Below, piece by piece: positions 46,409 to 55,218 of a stretch of DNA of 64,000 nt. Position 1 is the stretch's first letter, and each line of letters opens with the position of its first letter. The translations under genes were made by a program, and so were the position numbers. The stretch comes from a virus (lineage: Duplodnaviria > Heunggongvirae > Uroviricota > Caudoviricetes), in IMG/VR virus record IMGVR_UViG_3300010882_000010. One strand, written 5' to 3'. The notes beneath the pieces were generated by a model. The model saw only the letters and a list, made by a program, of their open reading frames with translations. It did not search any database and was not told the origin of the DNA.

Positions 46409-47116
46409 ATGGCAACGAAAAAAACAAAAGAAGCTAAAGAACAACGAAACACTAAAGATATTCAATTGCTTGCAACTGAATTTATCAATACTAAATCAGA
46501 AGAAGCATACACTCAAATTGTGAAGAGATTAACACCGGGTTTGCACAAGCATATCATGGAAATTGAACCTAACCAAGAAAAAAGAAAAGAAATCATCAAT
46601 GATGTTTTTGTTAAAGTTTGGACAAAAATCCATCAATATAATCCAGAATTTGGTGCTTTTTCAACTTGGATCTACAAAATAGCATACAATGACGTTTTAC
46701 TTTCAAAAAGAAACAGTTTTAGAACAACTTCTATTGATGGTGGAAATGAAGACACAACAAACGTAACTTTATCTCCTCTTAACTCTATTCAATATTCCTA
46801 CAAAATGAATGAGGAGTTTGATACTTACAAAGATAACAATGTTATTGATGAATTGTATGGAATGGTTAAAACAATGATTTTGAATTTTCCAGAATCAGAG
46901 AAGTACAAAAATTGGAAAACAGCTTTCTTGCTTAAAGATATTGAGGGATACCAATTTAATGAAGTTGCTGAATTAATGAATGAAAATGAAAACACAGTAA
47001 AAGGATGGGTTTGTAAAGCTCGTAGACACTTAGCAAAAATGACCAATAAAGAAGATCAAAATTTGGTTGAAGATTACTTTGCTTATCGCTACGAGTATGA
47101 AAACAATCCGTATTAA
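46409..47116 (+). CDS. Sigma-70-family (ECF-like) RNA polymerase sigma factor.
   Basis: Region-2-like FSTWIYKIAYNDVL and a region-4 helix-turn-helix YQFNEVAELMNENENTVKGWVCKARRHLAK. Confidence 0.75.
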   Translation: MATKKTKEAKEQRNTKDIQLLATEFINTKSEEAYTQIVKRLTPGLHKHIMEIEPNQEKRKEIINDVFVKVWTKIHQYNPEFGAFSTWIYKIAYNDVLLSKRNSFRTTSIDGGNEDTTNVTLSPLNSIQYSYKMNEEFDTYKDNNVIDELYGMVKTMILNFPESEKYKNWKTAFLLKDIEGYQFNEVAELMNENENTVKGWVCKARRHLAKMTNKEDQNLVEDYFAYRYEYENNPY

Positions 47117-47131
47117 AAATACTACACTATA

Positions 47132-47539
47132 ATGACTACATTTGGACTATATTGGAGAGAGATACTTTATTATTTCTACATCCGAAGAACTATCAAAAAA
47201 GAGAAAAAGAAAGGTGATATATGGAATACTTTGAGATTAAGAGCAGATTGGGTTGGTAGAATCTACACTGTAATTAATCTTAGAAAAGAAGATGTAGGCG
47301 AAGAAGACCTTGTTAAACGTGCAAAAATTGCAGATAAAATTAAGCCAATTAATGATTACCTTGTTTCTCTTGATATGACTGAAATTGTTTTTCCGGCAAT
47401 TCAGCAACTTTCAGATCAATCATTTCTTATTGTTTACTCACCGATTTTTCGGAAGTTCACTTGGATAAGAACAATTTGGTACTTAATTGTATTAGGTGCT
47501 ATTATTACAGGAGCAATTTACGGAATCAAACTACTTTAA
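47132..47539 (+). CDS. Membrane protein.
   Basis: C-terminal TM helix WYLIVLGAIITGAIYGI. Confidence 0.45.
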   Translation: MTTFGLYWREILYYFYIRRTIKKEKKKGDIWNTLRLRADWVGRIYTVINLRKEDVGEEDLVKRAKIADKIKPINDYLVSLDMTEIVFPAIQQLSDQSFLIVYSPIFRKFTWIRTIWYLIVLGAIITGAIYGIKLL

Positions 47540-47540
47540 T

Positions 47541-47787
47541 TATGAAACCAAAAGAATCACAAAAAGAAGGACCTTACATCAATTGTCCAGAATTACTAAA
47601 ATTTCAAAAGTACACACTCGATAAAGGAAGAACAACTGAGTGTGAGGTAATTTTGTTAAATTTTGGAAAAATCTATGGTGAGGTTTGCTTACCATATTGT
47701 GGATTACTTGAAGATAAACCTAAATCAATGCAAGTTATGCTTAATCGTTTGACAAAAATTAACACTAATTGGCATGAAGGAAATTAG
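47541..47787 (+). CDS. Hypothetical Cys-containing protein.
   Basis: ATG at 47541 directly after the upstream stop; the track's 47461 start overlaps the previous gene. Confidence 0.4.
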
Positions 47788-48538
47788 AGGAACAAGAGAA
47801 TACGGATTTTACACTATTGATTATGAAGCTGATTGTTACAGATTCCCATCTGTTACATCGGTTCTTAGTCATATCAAAGATCCGGATTTAGAAGAGTTGA
47901 AAGAATTATTAGGACCTGAAAAGTTTGCAGAAGTTTCTAAAAATGGTGCAGATAGAGGAACTATTATGCATGGATTTCTTGAGAATTATTGTAAAGCAAT
48001 GAAACATTTTAAGGATAAAGATAAAGCATTACAATACATGCAACAGAAAACACCAAAACAATTTGAAGAGTTTTTTCCTAAGACTATGATAGATACTGCA
48101 AGAGATATGGCTTACAGTATTTTGAATGGTGGATTTGAAGAAGAGTTAAAAATGCCATTTTTAATTGAAGGATTAATGGCAAATTTTGATTTAGGTTATG
48201 CTGGTAGAACCGACATCATTTTTGTTAATCAAAAGAATGAACTCATTTTAGGCGACTACAAATCTTCTTCAAAAAAGTTAGATCCATGTTGTAATAAAGT
48301 TTTGAAGTACAAGTTACAACTTTCCGCTTATTGGGTTGCTTTTGAGAAATTTTACGAAAAGAAAATTAAAGAGGGTGTAATTTTTGTAGCATATCCAGAT
48401 GCAAATCAAGGATTTCAAAAGATAACACTTTCAGAGTTTGAAAAAGAGATTTACTATGCTTACTTTGAGAAGATTTTTAGGGATTGTTACGAGTTCATAG
48501 AAGGAAAGTACAAAGTAGGAATGATTTGCCCGTTTTAA
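47774..48538 (+). CDS. PD-(D/E)xK nuclease (RecB/Cas4/YqaJ-exonuclease-like).
   Basis: GRTDIIFV...ELILGDYKSS carries the D ... E-x ... D-Y-K motif arrangement of RecB-family nucleases. C-terminal cysteines CPF. Confidence 0.6.
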   Translation: MKEIRGTREYGFYTIDYEADCYRFPSVTSVLSHIKDPDLEELKELLGPEKFAEVSKNGADRGTIMHGFLENYCKAMKHFKDKDKALQYMQQKTPKQFEEFFPKTMIDTARDMAYSILNGGFEEELKMPFLIEGLMANFDLGYAGRTDIIFVNQKNELILGDYKSSSKKLDPCCNKVLKYKLQLSAYWVAFEKFYEKKIKEGVIFVAYPDANQGFQKITLSEFEKEIYYAYFEKIFRDCYEFIEGKYKVGMICPF

Positions 48539-48561
48539 GAAAAAATTAGGCCAAAATTTTT

Positions 48562-48578
48562 GGAATAGATAGTAAAGG
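48562..48578 (+). promoter_or_regulatory. Copy 5 of the motif (GGAATAGATAGTAAAGG).
   Basis: 8 nt upstream of the ATG at 48587. Confidence 0.5.
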
Positions 48579-48586
48579 AAGATATT

Positions 48587-49195
48587 ATGGAAATGTTTAA
48601 AGAATTTTGTGAAAAATCATTATTGGATAATTTTGTTGAAAAATTGTTTGAAATGGAATTTTCATTATTTGTTGATGATTCTAATGATGTTGATATTAAA
48701 GAAATTGATTTAAAATCAGCACTATTAAAAATCAGAGAAATTAAAAACCATACTATTAAAAAGGGTAATTTAGGAGATAGTCTCTACATTAAAGTAAAGA
48801 AAAACAAGAAAATTGTTTTCATAATAAGAATTTCTTATCATAAGCCATTATCAACTTTTGGTATGAAAAAAGGAGAAGAGGATGTTATTAATGTACTTTG
48901 TCTTGATATTTTATCTTGGGCTGATGAAATTAAAGTACACAAAATACGAACAGAAAATTATCCATCTGAATTAAATGATTCTGGATTAAAAGATAAAGAA
49001 GAACACAAAGGGGTAGTTTTTAAAAAAATTAAACCATTTTTTCCAAATTTAAAATTCATGGATTTAGAAGATGATAATTATTCTAAAGTAAAAAATGCTA
49101 TTAAAATGTTTTTACAGGAAAATGGTTTTGAAGTTTTAGAAAACATGAATTTAGAAGAGTACACTTTAGAGTATGAGATTATTAATGAAGATTAA
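48587..49195 (+). CDS. Hypothetical protein.
   Basis: 202-aa ORF 8 nt downstream of GGAATAGATAGTAAAGG (48562-48578). Confidence 0.5.
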   Translation: MEMFKEFCEKSLLDNFVEKLFEMEFSLFVDDSNDVDIKEIDLKSALLKIREIKNHTIKKGNLGDSLYIKVKKNKKIVFIIRISYHKPLSTFGMKKGEEDVINVLCLDILSWADEIKVHKIRTENYPSELNDSGLKDKEEHKGVVFKKIKPFFPNLKFMDLEDDNYSKVKNAIKMFLQENGFEVLENMNLEEYTLEYEIINED

Positions 49196-49219
49196 AACAA
49201 TAAAAAGAAAAACTAAGAG

Positions 49220-49729
49220 ATGAAAAAAGAAGAAAATGTTACAGTAGAAAAAGTAACAACTGAAAAAGAACTAAAGAAAGAACAAAACAAAAAATTGTTA
49301 GAAGAGTTAACTAAAAAACTTGAAGATCTACAGAAAGATCTTGATGTGAAAAGGTTTTTAGTGGATGGTGGTACAGAATCGGCTAAGAAATTTTTGAATT
49401 TTGTAGAAACTAAAGCAAAATGGAAATTTACTGAGGTACTTGGTATTGTTGAATTACAAAGAGTTTTTAAAGATTTCTTAAAAGGTGGAAAAAGTAAAGA
49501 ATTTTTAATGGGACCTATCGAAATTGAAGCACTTTACTACTTTTTATCAAAAGAAGAAGGAATTGGTACAGAAGGAACTATAGAATACAATGAATTACTG
49601 AAATTAATTAACACTCCGAAATCTAAAATGGATGCTATGCGAAAAGAATTTGAACAACTACAATTTAGAATGGCATCAGTAGAAAATGGCATAGATCCAG
49701 ATCAGGTTGAGGAAGAACTGAAAAAATAG
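49220..49729 (+). CDS. Hypothetical coiled-coil protein.
   Basis: 169-aa ORF. Confidence 0.5.
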   Translation: MKKEENVTVEKVTTEKELKKEQNKKLLEELTKKLEDLQKDLDVKRFLVDGGTESAKKFLNFVETKAKWKFTEVLGIVELQRVFKDFLKGGKSKEFLMGPIEIEALYYFLSKEEGIGTEGTIEYNELLKLINTPKSKMDAMRKEFEQLQFRMASVENGIDPDQVEEELKK

Positions 49730-49736
49730 GACAATA

Positions 49737-50087
49737 ATGGACGAAATCAAAAAAATCCAGGAAGTACTAAAAAACATCCAAATCTACGTTTGGATTGGTT
49801 TTGTAACACTTTTCTTGATGTCAATGATGAGTACTTGTAATAGTTGTACATCTAAAAATGATGTTAAAAAAGTTCAAAAAGAAATGCAAGTGCAAATAGT
49901 TGAAAAGGATTCAACAATTAATGCACAGTCTTTTTACATCATCGAACTTGAAAGAGAAAAAGCTGCACTTGGTGCACAAGTTACTGTATTACAAGCAGAA
50001 AATGATAAAAAAACAGGATTAGTTACTAAATCATTGGAAAAGCCCACAAACGTAACAGTGAAAGTTTCTGAGACTGATAAGAAGTAA
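49737..50087 (+). CDS. Membrane-anchored coiled-coil protein.
   Basis: TM helix IQIYVWIGFVTLFLMSMMS followed by a coiled coil. Confidence 0.45.
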   Translation: MDEIKKIQEVLKNIQIYVWIGFVTLFLMSMMSTCNSCTSKNDVKKVQKEMQVQIVEKDSTINAQSFYIIELEREKAALGAQVTVLQAENDKKTGLVTKSLEKPTNVTVKVSETDKK

Positions 50088-50089
50088 AG

Positions 50090-50896
50090 ATGGATTCAAG
50101 AAAAAACAAAATCATCCATTGGTTCATACTTTGTACTATGGCGGGTTTGTATTGTTTTGTGAGTGTAATTTCAATGTTACATGTTATTGAGTTTTTTGAA
50201 CTTAGTAATACACGAGGCATGGCAATAGCACTTGCAATAGCATTTGAGTTAGGTGCTATGGCCTCACTTTGTAGTATACTTATCATGGATAAAATGAAAG
50301 CTTGGATTGTTTGGGGTTTGTTTATTATTCTTACAATTTATCAAGCGGCAGGAAATACCTATTTTGCTTTTGCACACTTAGAAAATTATCAAGGGTGGAT
50401 AGAATTGTTTGGACTTGCAGATTTAGAAATAATTACACAGAAAAGAATTTTAGCAATAGTTTCCGGTGCTATTCTTCCAATAGTTGCGCTTGGCTTTATC
50501 AAAACTTTAGTAGATTACATCCGACCTGAAAAACAGGAAACCGGTGCGATACTTGCAAATCAACGATATGACTCATATGGTTTACCAAATTTGCAAGATG
50601 AAAAATCATTAGAATTTTTGTTAAACAAACCATTAACTATTGGTGAAACGCAACCTATTGTAGAAGAGTTGGTTCCTGATGATCTAGAAAATCTGAATAC
50701 AGAAATAATACCCGATGAAATAATTGAAGAATTTAAAGTAGGCGAAAAGGATAATTTTGCAAAGGTAATGGATGAGTATATCGAAAAAGCTGAAATGGAA
50801 AAACCATTAGAATCTGAAAAACAAACTGAAACAATAACTAAAGTAATTGGTAATAATCCTGATGTGCATCCTCATATAATTCCGGGTATTGGATAA
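50090..50896 (+). CDS. Integral membrane protein with 4 or more TM helices.
   Basis: Multiple hydrophobic helices in the N-terminal 150 aa and an acidic C-terminal tail. Confidence 0.55.
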   Translation: MDSRKNKIIHWFILCTMAGLYCFVSVISMLHVIEFFELSNTRGMAIALAIAFELGAMASLCSILIMDKMKAWIVWGLFIILTIYQAAGNTYFAFAHLENYQGWIELFGLADLEIITQKRILAIVSGAILPIVALGFIKTLVDYIRPEKQETGAILANQRYDSYGLPNLQDEKSLEFLLNKPLTIGETQPIVEELVPDDLENLNTEIIPDEIIEEFKVGEKDNFAKVMDEYIEKAEMEKPLESEKQTETITKVIGNNPDVHPHIIPGIG

Positions 50897-50915
50897 AAGA
50901 GTTCAAAAATAATCT

Positions 50916-50932
50916 GGAATAAATAGTGAAAG
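50916..50932 (+). promoter_or_regulatory. Copy 6 of the motif (GGAATAAATAGTGAAAG).
   Basis: Upstream of the GIY-YIG endonuclease gene. Confidence 0.45.
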
Positions 50933-50980
50933 ATAACTATTTATGCATGAATAATTATCTTTAAAATTTGTGAAATTTAG

Positions 50981-51433
50981 ATGTACATCTACAAAACTAC
51001 ATGTAAAATTAATGGAATGATTTACGTTGGACAGTCTTCAAAGACACCAAACGAATCAAAGAGATATTTGGGTTCTGGAGCTGGACATTTTAATAATGCA
51101 CTTAAAAAGTATGGAAAAAATGCTTTTGGAAAGGAAATTTTAGAAGATAACATACAGTCTAAAGAAGAACTTAATAATCGAGAAATTTACTGGATTGCTC
51201 ATTACAAAGATTTGTATCCAGAATTGGTTTACAATATTGCAAAGGGTGGACAAGGTGGAAATTTTGGTGAAGATGTTAATAAGAAGATTTCTAAAGCATT
51301 AAAAGGAAAAAAGCATACACCTGAACATATTGCTAAAACTCGAGTAGAATTTACAGAAGAAGTAAGAAAAAAATTGAGCAAAGCTCAACTTGAAAGATTT
51401 GAAAAAAAAATCCAACATCAACCAAAACAATAG
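50981..51433 (+). CDS. GIY-YIG homing endonuclease (I-TevI-like), catalytic domain plus a first NUMOD3-like repeat.
   Basis: MYIYKTTCKINGMIYVGQS...YLGSG...REIYWIAHY (GIY...YVG...E) and ISKALKGKKHTPEHIAKT (NUMOD3-like). The frame ends just after an A9 run at 51402-51410. Confidence 0.75.
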   Translation: MYIYKTTCKINGMIYVGQSSKTPNESKRYLGSGAGHFNNALKKYGKNAFGKEILEDNIQSKEELNNREIYWIAHYKDLYPELVYNIAKGGQGGNFGEDVNKKISKALKGKKHTPEHIAKTRVEFTEEVRKKLSKAQLERFEKKIQHQPKQ

Positions 51434-51498
51434 AAAAATGGATTAAATCAAGAAAAGAAAATGGTTGGTATAAAGAGCCAGAAACAACTAAGCAAAAA

Positions 51499-51717
51499 AT
51501 GAGCGCAAAGGGTAAGGGGAGAAAAGCATCTTTAGAAACAAGAGAATTGCAATCTAAACAAAGAAGAGGAACGCAAACAGGTAAAGATAATCCTATGTTT
51601 GGTAGATGTGCATATGATATTTGGGTAGAAAAGTATGGAATAGAAGAAGCAGATAGAAAAAGAGAACAGCAAGTTAGGAAGAGTATTGAGACAAAAAAAA
51701 ATTGTAATGTTAACTAA
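51499..51717 (+). CDS. NUMOD3-like DNA-binding segment, probably the C-terminal part of the GIY-YIG endonuclease reached through a frame change at the A9 run.
   Basis: The +1 frame opens at 51403, immediately at the A9 run, and reads ...TIEKWIKSRKENGWYKEPETTKQKMSAKGKGRKASLETRELQSKQRRGTQTGKDNPMFGR, which has NUMOD-type repeats. Confidence 0.45.
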   Translation: MSAKGKGRKASLETRELQSKQRRGTQTGKDNPMFGRCAYDIWVEKYGIEEADRKREQQVRKSIETKKNCNVN

Positions 51718-51814
51718 CAATCTCGGACTTCAGTGTCCAACACTTTGTAATAATAAAATTTTACTACAATTCTTAGATCCTATGAAGTTTGGAATTATTT
51801 TTGGTTCTTAAACT

Positions 51815-52702
51815 TTGGGATCTTTTTCTTTAGCAGGTTTTTTTGAAACTATTGAGAGACACTTAATTACAACAGTTACAGTAAGACCTGGTGAAATTAC
51901 AAGAATTGAGTTAGGTAATATTGGATCAAGAGGAGAGCGTAGAGATATTAGACGAGTTGAAATACCTGAATCCTTACTTGAAGAGAATCGACCTGTAATG
52001 GTAATGACCGGAATTAAAGGACAAGAAAATGCTATTGAGTTTACATCATCTTCAAGTTTTGTTACTTTGATGCAAAATTTTAGAACAGAACTCAAAAAAA
52101 GTTGTTGTCTTAGTTCAAATGTTGAAATTATCAATATCGACAATAGTACAAGAACTTTTGAAATAGCAACTATTAATTTTGGAGTTGAGTTAGCATGGTT
52201 AATGACTATTAATAATGTTCAAATACCAGCAATTCAGATACAAAATCCAATTCGTTATCCTAATGGTCGTTGTAAGTTCATGTTTTTAATGCCAAATTTT
52301 GGTGATATTACAGGAAATGTTACAATGCCAGGAATGATGACAGGTGGTAATAGAATACCAGGAACTAATGTCAATGTTTTACCGTTTGGAATTTCGCCAC
52401 AAATGGCATCTATGAGTGCTTTTATGCCAATGGGTAATAATTGTGGATCGGGTGCAGGCGGGGGAACTGGTAGTATTCCAGGGTCGAATCAAAAACATTT
52501 AGAGTATGCTTTTGATGATGAGTATCAAGAACATGCAAAAACAGGTCATTGGGAACTAATTAATTGGCGTAGAATGGGTAAGATGTTTGTACTAAGTTCA
52601 GATTCAGATGTAACAGAACAGGATATGAATTTGAATGAAACAATTTGGATTAAAAATCCTCAAAATTACATGATTTCAGTTCAAGTAATGATAGCAACTT
52701 AA
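51815..52702 (+). CDS. Hypothetical Asn/Gly-rich protein.
   Basis: 295-aa ORF. Confidence 0.55.
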   Translation: MGSFSLAGFFETIERHLITTVTVRPGEITRIELGNIGSRGERRDIRRVEIPESLLEENRPVMVMTGIKGQENAIEFTSSSSFVTLMQNFRTELKKSCCLSSNVEIINIDNSTRTFEIATINFGVELAWLMTINNVQIPAIQIQNPIRYPNGRCKFMFLMPNFGDITGNVTMPGMMTGGNRIPGTNVNVLPFGISPQMASMSAFMPMGNNCGSGAGGGTGSIPGSNQKHLEYAFDDEYQEHAKTGHWELINWRRMGKMFVLSSDSDVTEQDMNLNETIWIKNPQNYMISVQVMIAT

Positions 52703-52717
52703 AATTAAGAATACAGA

Positions 52718-53203
52718 ATGAAACAAAGAGTTGAAACAAAATTAGGTGATTACATTAATTCTATTAATGAGGCATTTTACGTTAATGGATACAATAAAGA
52801 GGGACAATGTGAGATAGAAGAAGAATTTAAAACAAGAGCCAAAGCCGAAGCATTTTTCAGCAAGAAAGCAAGAGAAAATGGAACTTTAGATTTTTTCTTG
52901 ATGGATGAAGATGGTAATAATTTAAGAGAATTGTTTCAGTCTAAATCAAAGAAAAATGAAAATCTTAAAGAAGGGTTTGTGAACGGAGAAGGAACGGCAG
53001 AACATTATGCATATGAATTTGCAAGTAGCATGATGCACAGTAATGGTAAGTTTAATTTAGAACCAGCAAGAGCATGGACTATGCTTTTTATGAAACAACA
53101 TCCTGATGTTAAGTTTGATCAAAATTGGAAGGAAGAAGCTTTTTCATACTTAGAACAATGGGATGCCAAGTTTACTTTAAAAGAATTTCTTAAAATTTTC
53201 TAA
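52718..53203 (+). CDS. Hypothetical protein with only a weak CTS-like N terminus.
   Basis: N terminus MKQRVETKLGDYINSINEAFY. Confidence 0.5.
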   Translation: MKQRVETKLGDYINSINEAFYVNGYNKEGQCEIEEEFKTRAKAEAFFSKKARENGTLDFFLMDEDGNNLRELFQSKSKKNENLKEGFVNGEGTAEHYAYEFASSMMHSNGKFNLEPARAWTMLFMKQHPDVKFDQNWKEEAFSYLEQWDAKFTLKEFLKIF

Positions 53204-53207
53204 AGAT

Positions 53208-53888
53208 ATGAAGAGAGTTCAAACATTAGATGAGTTTGTTACTAACGAAACAAGTAAAGTTCCATATGGAATTAATAGTTCAGGTGGAATTGAAGCTATG
53301 ATGAAATTGAAGGGGATTGTAGAAAGATACCATAAGAATTGGGAGACTGAAGTTAGAAATGAACTTGATGATATGGTAGTTATTGATGGATATGGAGATA
53401 CAATTGCAAGGATGTACTATGCAATAGGTTGGAAAATGTGGAGAGTTGATGTAGTTGCAAATTATGATGTAAATCCTTCAAAAAGATTAGAATTTGAAAA
53501 GTTTGTCGATCAAATTATTGCAACTCCAGGATTGAATGTAGAAGAAATTTCAAACAAAGAATTTCAGAAAAAATTAGTTGAGTCTGATAATTCTGAACAA
53601 CTTTCTGAATCAATGTTAGGTCTTAATCTTAATTCTGAACAGAAAAAAGAATTAAAAGATTTTGTTTTTAATAATGCAGAAAAAATTTTGACTGAAAGAG
53701 GTGTTAGAAATGTTGTTAAAGTTTTGGAAGTAAATGCGCCTGGTGATAGTGTTAATATTGTTTATCGAAATGATAAGGGGGTTAGAATGAGTAAAAGTTT
53801 TAGTCAAGATGGTGATCCAACAATGGGTGTTCATGGATTAGGATCAAGTGATATAATTAGAGAATTTTCTAAGAAGTACAAAAAGTAA
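53208..53888 (+). CDS. Putative packaged internal protein (CTS-like N terminus).
   Basis: N terminus MKRVQTLDEFVTNETSK. Confidence 0.55.
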   Translation: MKRVQTLDEFVTNETSKVPYGINSSGGIEAMMKLKGIVERYHKNWETEVRNELDDMVVIDGYGDTIARMYYAIGWKMWRVDVVANYDVNPSKRLEFEKFVDQIIATPGLNVEEISNKEFQKKLVESDNSEQLSESMLGLNLNSEQKKELKDFVFNNAEKILTERGVRNVVKVLEVNAPGDSVNIVYRNDKGVRMSKSFSQDGDPTMGVHGLGSSDIIREFSKKYKK

Positions 53889-53902
53889 AATTAAGACCAA
53901 CA

Positions 53903-54232
53903 ATGAAAAGATTAGAAACATTAGAAGAGTTTGTTACTGAAGCAAAAAGTTTAGATTGGGTTGATGTAGATCCTAAAAAAATTGCAAAAGAAATTGTGAA
54001 AGTTTTTGGTAATAATGGAACCTTAGCAACAGAAAAAGGAAAAACTGGAATTTCATTAGAACAATGGGTTGATAATTACAAAGTAGAAAAGTTAGGAAAG
54101 GCTGAAAATCAGATGTGTCATGTAGATTGGGAATGGACTGATAAAGTTTGGGATGAAATTGAAAAGTTGTTGCCGAAAAATAGAGTGAGTGGTGATGAAT
54201 TAGGTGAAATTTTCATGAGACATATCGACTAA
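53903..54232 (+). CDS. Putative packaged internal protein (CTS-like N terminus).
   Basis: N terminus MKRLETLEEFVTEAKSL. Confidence 0.5.
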   Translation: MKRLETLEEFVTEAKSLDWVDVDPKKIAKEIVKVFGNNGTLATEKGKTGISLEQWVDNYKVEKLGKAENQMCHVDWEWTDKVWDEIEKLLPKNRVSGDELGEIFMRHID

Positions 54233-54284
54233 AATTGCAAAAAATTACTAAAAATTAAAAAGTGGAAAAACTTTTTTAAAAATC

Positions 54285-54300
54285 GGAATAGATAGTAAAG
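54285..54300 (+). promoter_or_regulatory. Copy 7 of the motif (GGAATAGATAGTAAAG).
   Basis: Upstream of the small lipoprotein ORF at 54330. Confidence 0.45.
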
Positions 54301-54329
54301 AAAAGAGATTAAAAAATTAAAACAATAAC

Positions 54330-54500
54330 ATGAAAAAATTAGTAGGACTATTACTTAGTATTATCTTAGTAGCAACAGCTTGTTCATACGGGCATAAAGT
54401 AAACAATGAAACAATTGAAATTGATTCTTTGGAATTTGTTGTAGATACAGTAAATTATGATATAGATACAACTTTTGTAGAAATTGATACTTTAAACTAA
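54330..54500 (+). CDS. Small putative lipoprotein (56 aa).
   Basis: MKKLVGLLLSIILVATACSYGH... is a signal peptide plus Cys. Preceded by GGAATAGATAGTAAAG at 54285-54300. Below the ORF-track cutoff. Confidence 0.35.
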   Translation: MKKLVGLLLSIILVATACSYGHKVNNETIEIDSLEFVVDTVNYDIDTTFVEIDTLN

Positions 54501-54691
54501 AACTTTTTATAACTCGCGCATAATAATTAAAACAATAAAATTACAATAATGAAACTTCAAGCAATTAATTTTAGAAAGAATTGGGAAAACATAGTGGATT
54601 TTATCATTGAGAGAATGGATGATAAAGTTGATTGTGATATGGGTTTTTATTGTAGTAGATGAAGTAAGTGAGATAATTAAGAAACAATGAA

Positions 54692-54722
54692 AGCCCGAAT
54701 CCAAAAAAGTTCGGGTTTTTTT
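54692..54722 (+). terminator. Rho-independent terminator.
   Basis: GC-rich hairpin cccgaa-tccaaaaaag-ttcggg followed by tttttttgtttt. Confidence 0.6.
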
Positions 54723-54741
54723 GTTTTAAGAGAAATGATGA

Positions 54742-54810
54742 AATTGTTAGTAACTTTCTGAACTAACTGAAAAATCAGAAAGAAAAAAGTGCTATTTTTG
54801 TGTTTCAAAA
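54742..54810 (+). promoter_or_regulatory. Promoter element copy F, at the 5' edge of the tRNA array.
   Basis: aattgttagtaactttctg ... gctatttttgtg (54793-54800), followed by the aaaatgc x3 repeat. Confidence 0.5.
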
Positions 54811-54831
54811 ATGCAAAATGCAAAATGCAAA
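54809..54831 (+). repeat. Short tandem repeat (AAAATGC)x3.
   Basis: aaaatgcaaaatgcaaaatgcaaat lies directly downstream of promoter copy F. Confidence 0.5.
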
Positions 54832-54866
54832 TAGCATAGAGTACTTTGAAAAAGTGAAAAATTTTA

Positions 54867-54941
54867 CCGTTTTCGTGGTGTAATGGCGTGCATAACTCCC
54901 TGTCACGGAGTAGGTCGGAGTTCGAACCTCCCGGGGACGGC
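54867..54941 (+). tRNA. Putative tRNA-Asp (anticodon GTC); weak acceptor and D stems.
   Basis: Anticodon arm actcc-CTGTCAC-ggagt and T arm ggag-ttcgaac-ctcc. The acceptor ccgtttt/gggacgg needs 3 G-U pairs. Confidence 0.4.
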
Positions 54942-54965
54942 AAAACAAAAAGAGCAAAAAACTAA

Positions 54966-55030
54966 AATTGTTAGTAACTTTTTCCAACTATTAGAAGTTG
55001 GTATTGAAATTTTTAGTATTTTTGTACTGT
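54966..55030 (+). promoter_or_regulatory. Promoter element copy G, upstream of the main tRNA array.
   Basis: aattgttagtaactttttcc ... tagtatttttgtac (55017-55024). Confidence 0.5.
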
Positions 55031-55145
55031 TCTTTGACATCTTGAATGAAAAAGTAAAGTAAAAAAGCAGATTCACTTTACTACCATGAACGAGGGATCC
55101 TATGGGTAAACTCTTAAAATGGAATTGTAATGGATTTGCTATTAT

Positions 55146-55218
55146 GCTCCTGTCATCTAAGGGTTTAGGATAAGTGATTTTCGATCACTAAATCGGGGTT
55201 CGAATCCCCGTGGGAGTA
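55146..55218 (+). tRNA. tRNA-Glu (anticodon TTC).
   Basis: Acceptor gctcctg/tgggagt, D stem atct/ggat, anticodon arm agtga-TTTTCGA-tcact, T arm cgggg-ttcgaat-ccccg. No encoded CCA. Confidence 0.7.

Noticed and set aside
54809-54831. Possible CRISPR or larger repeat array at aaaatgcaaaatgcaaaatgc.
   Set aside because: Only three 7-nt units with no spacers. It is a microsatellite next to a promoter, not a CRISPR array. No CRISPR-like repeat-spacer structure was seen anywhere in the window.
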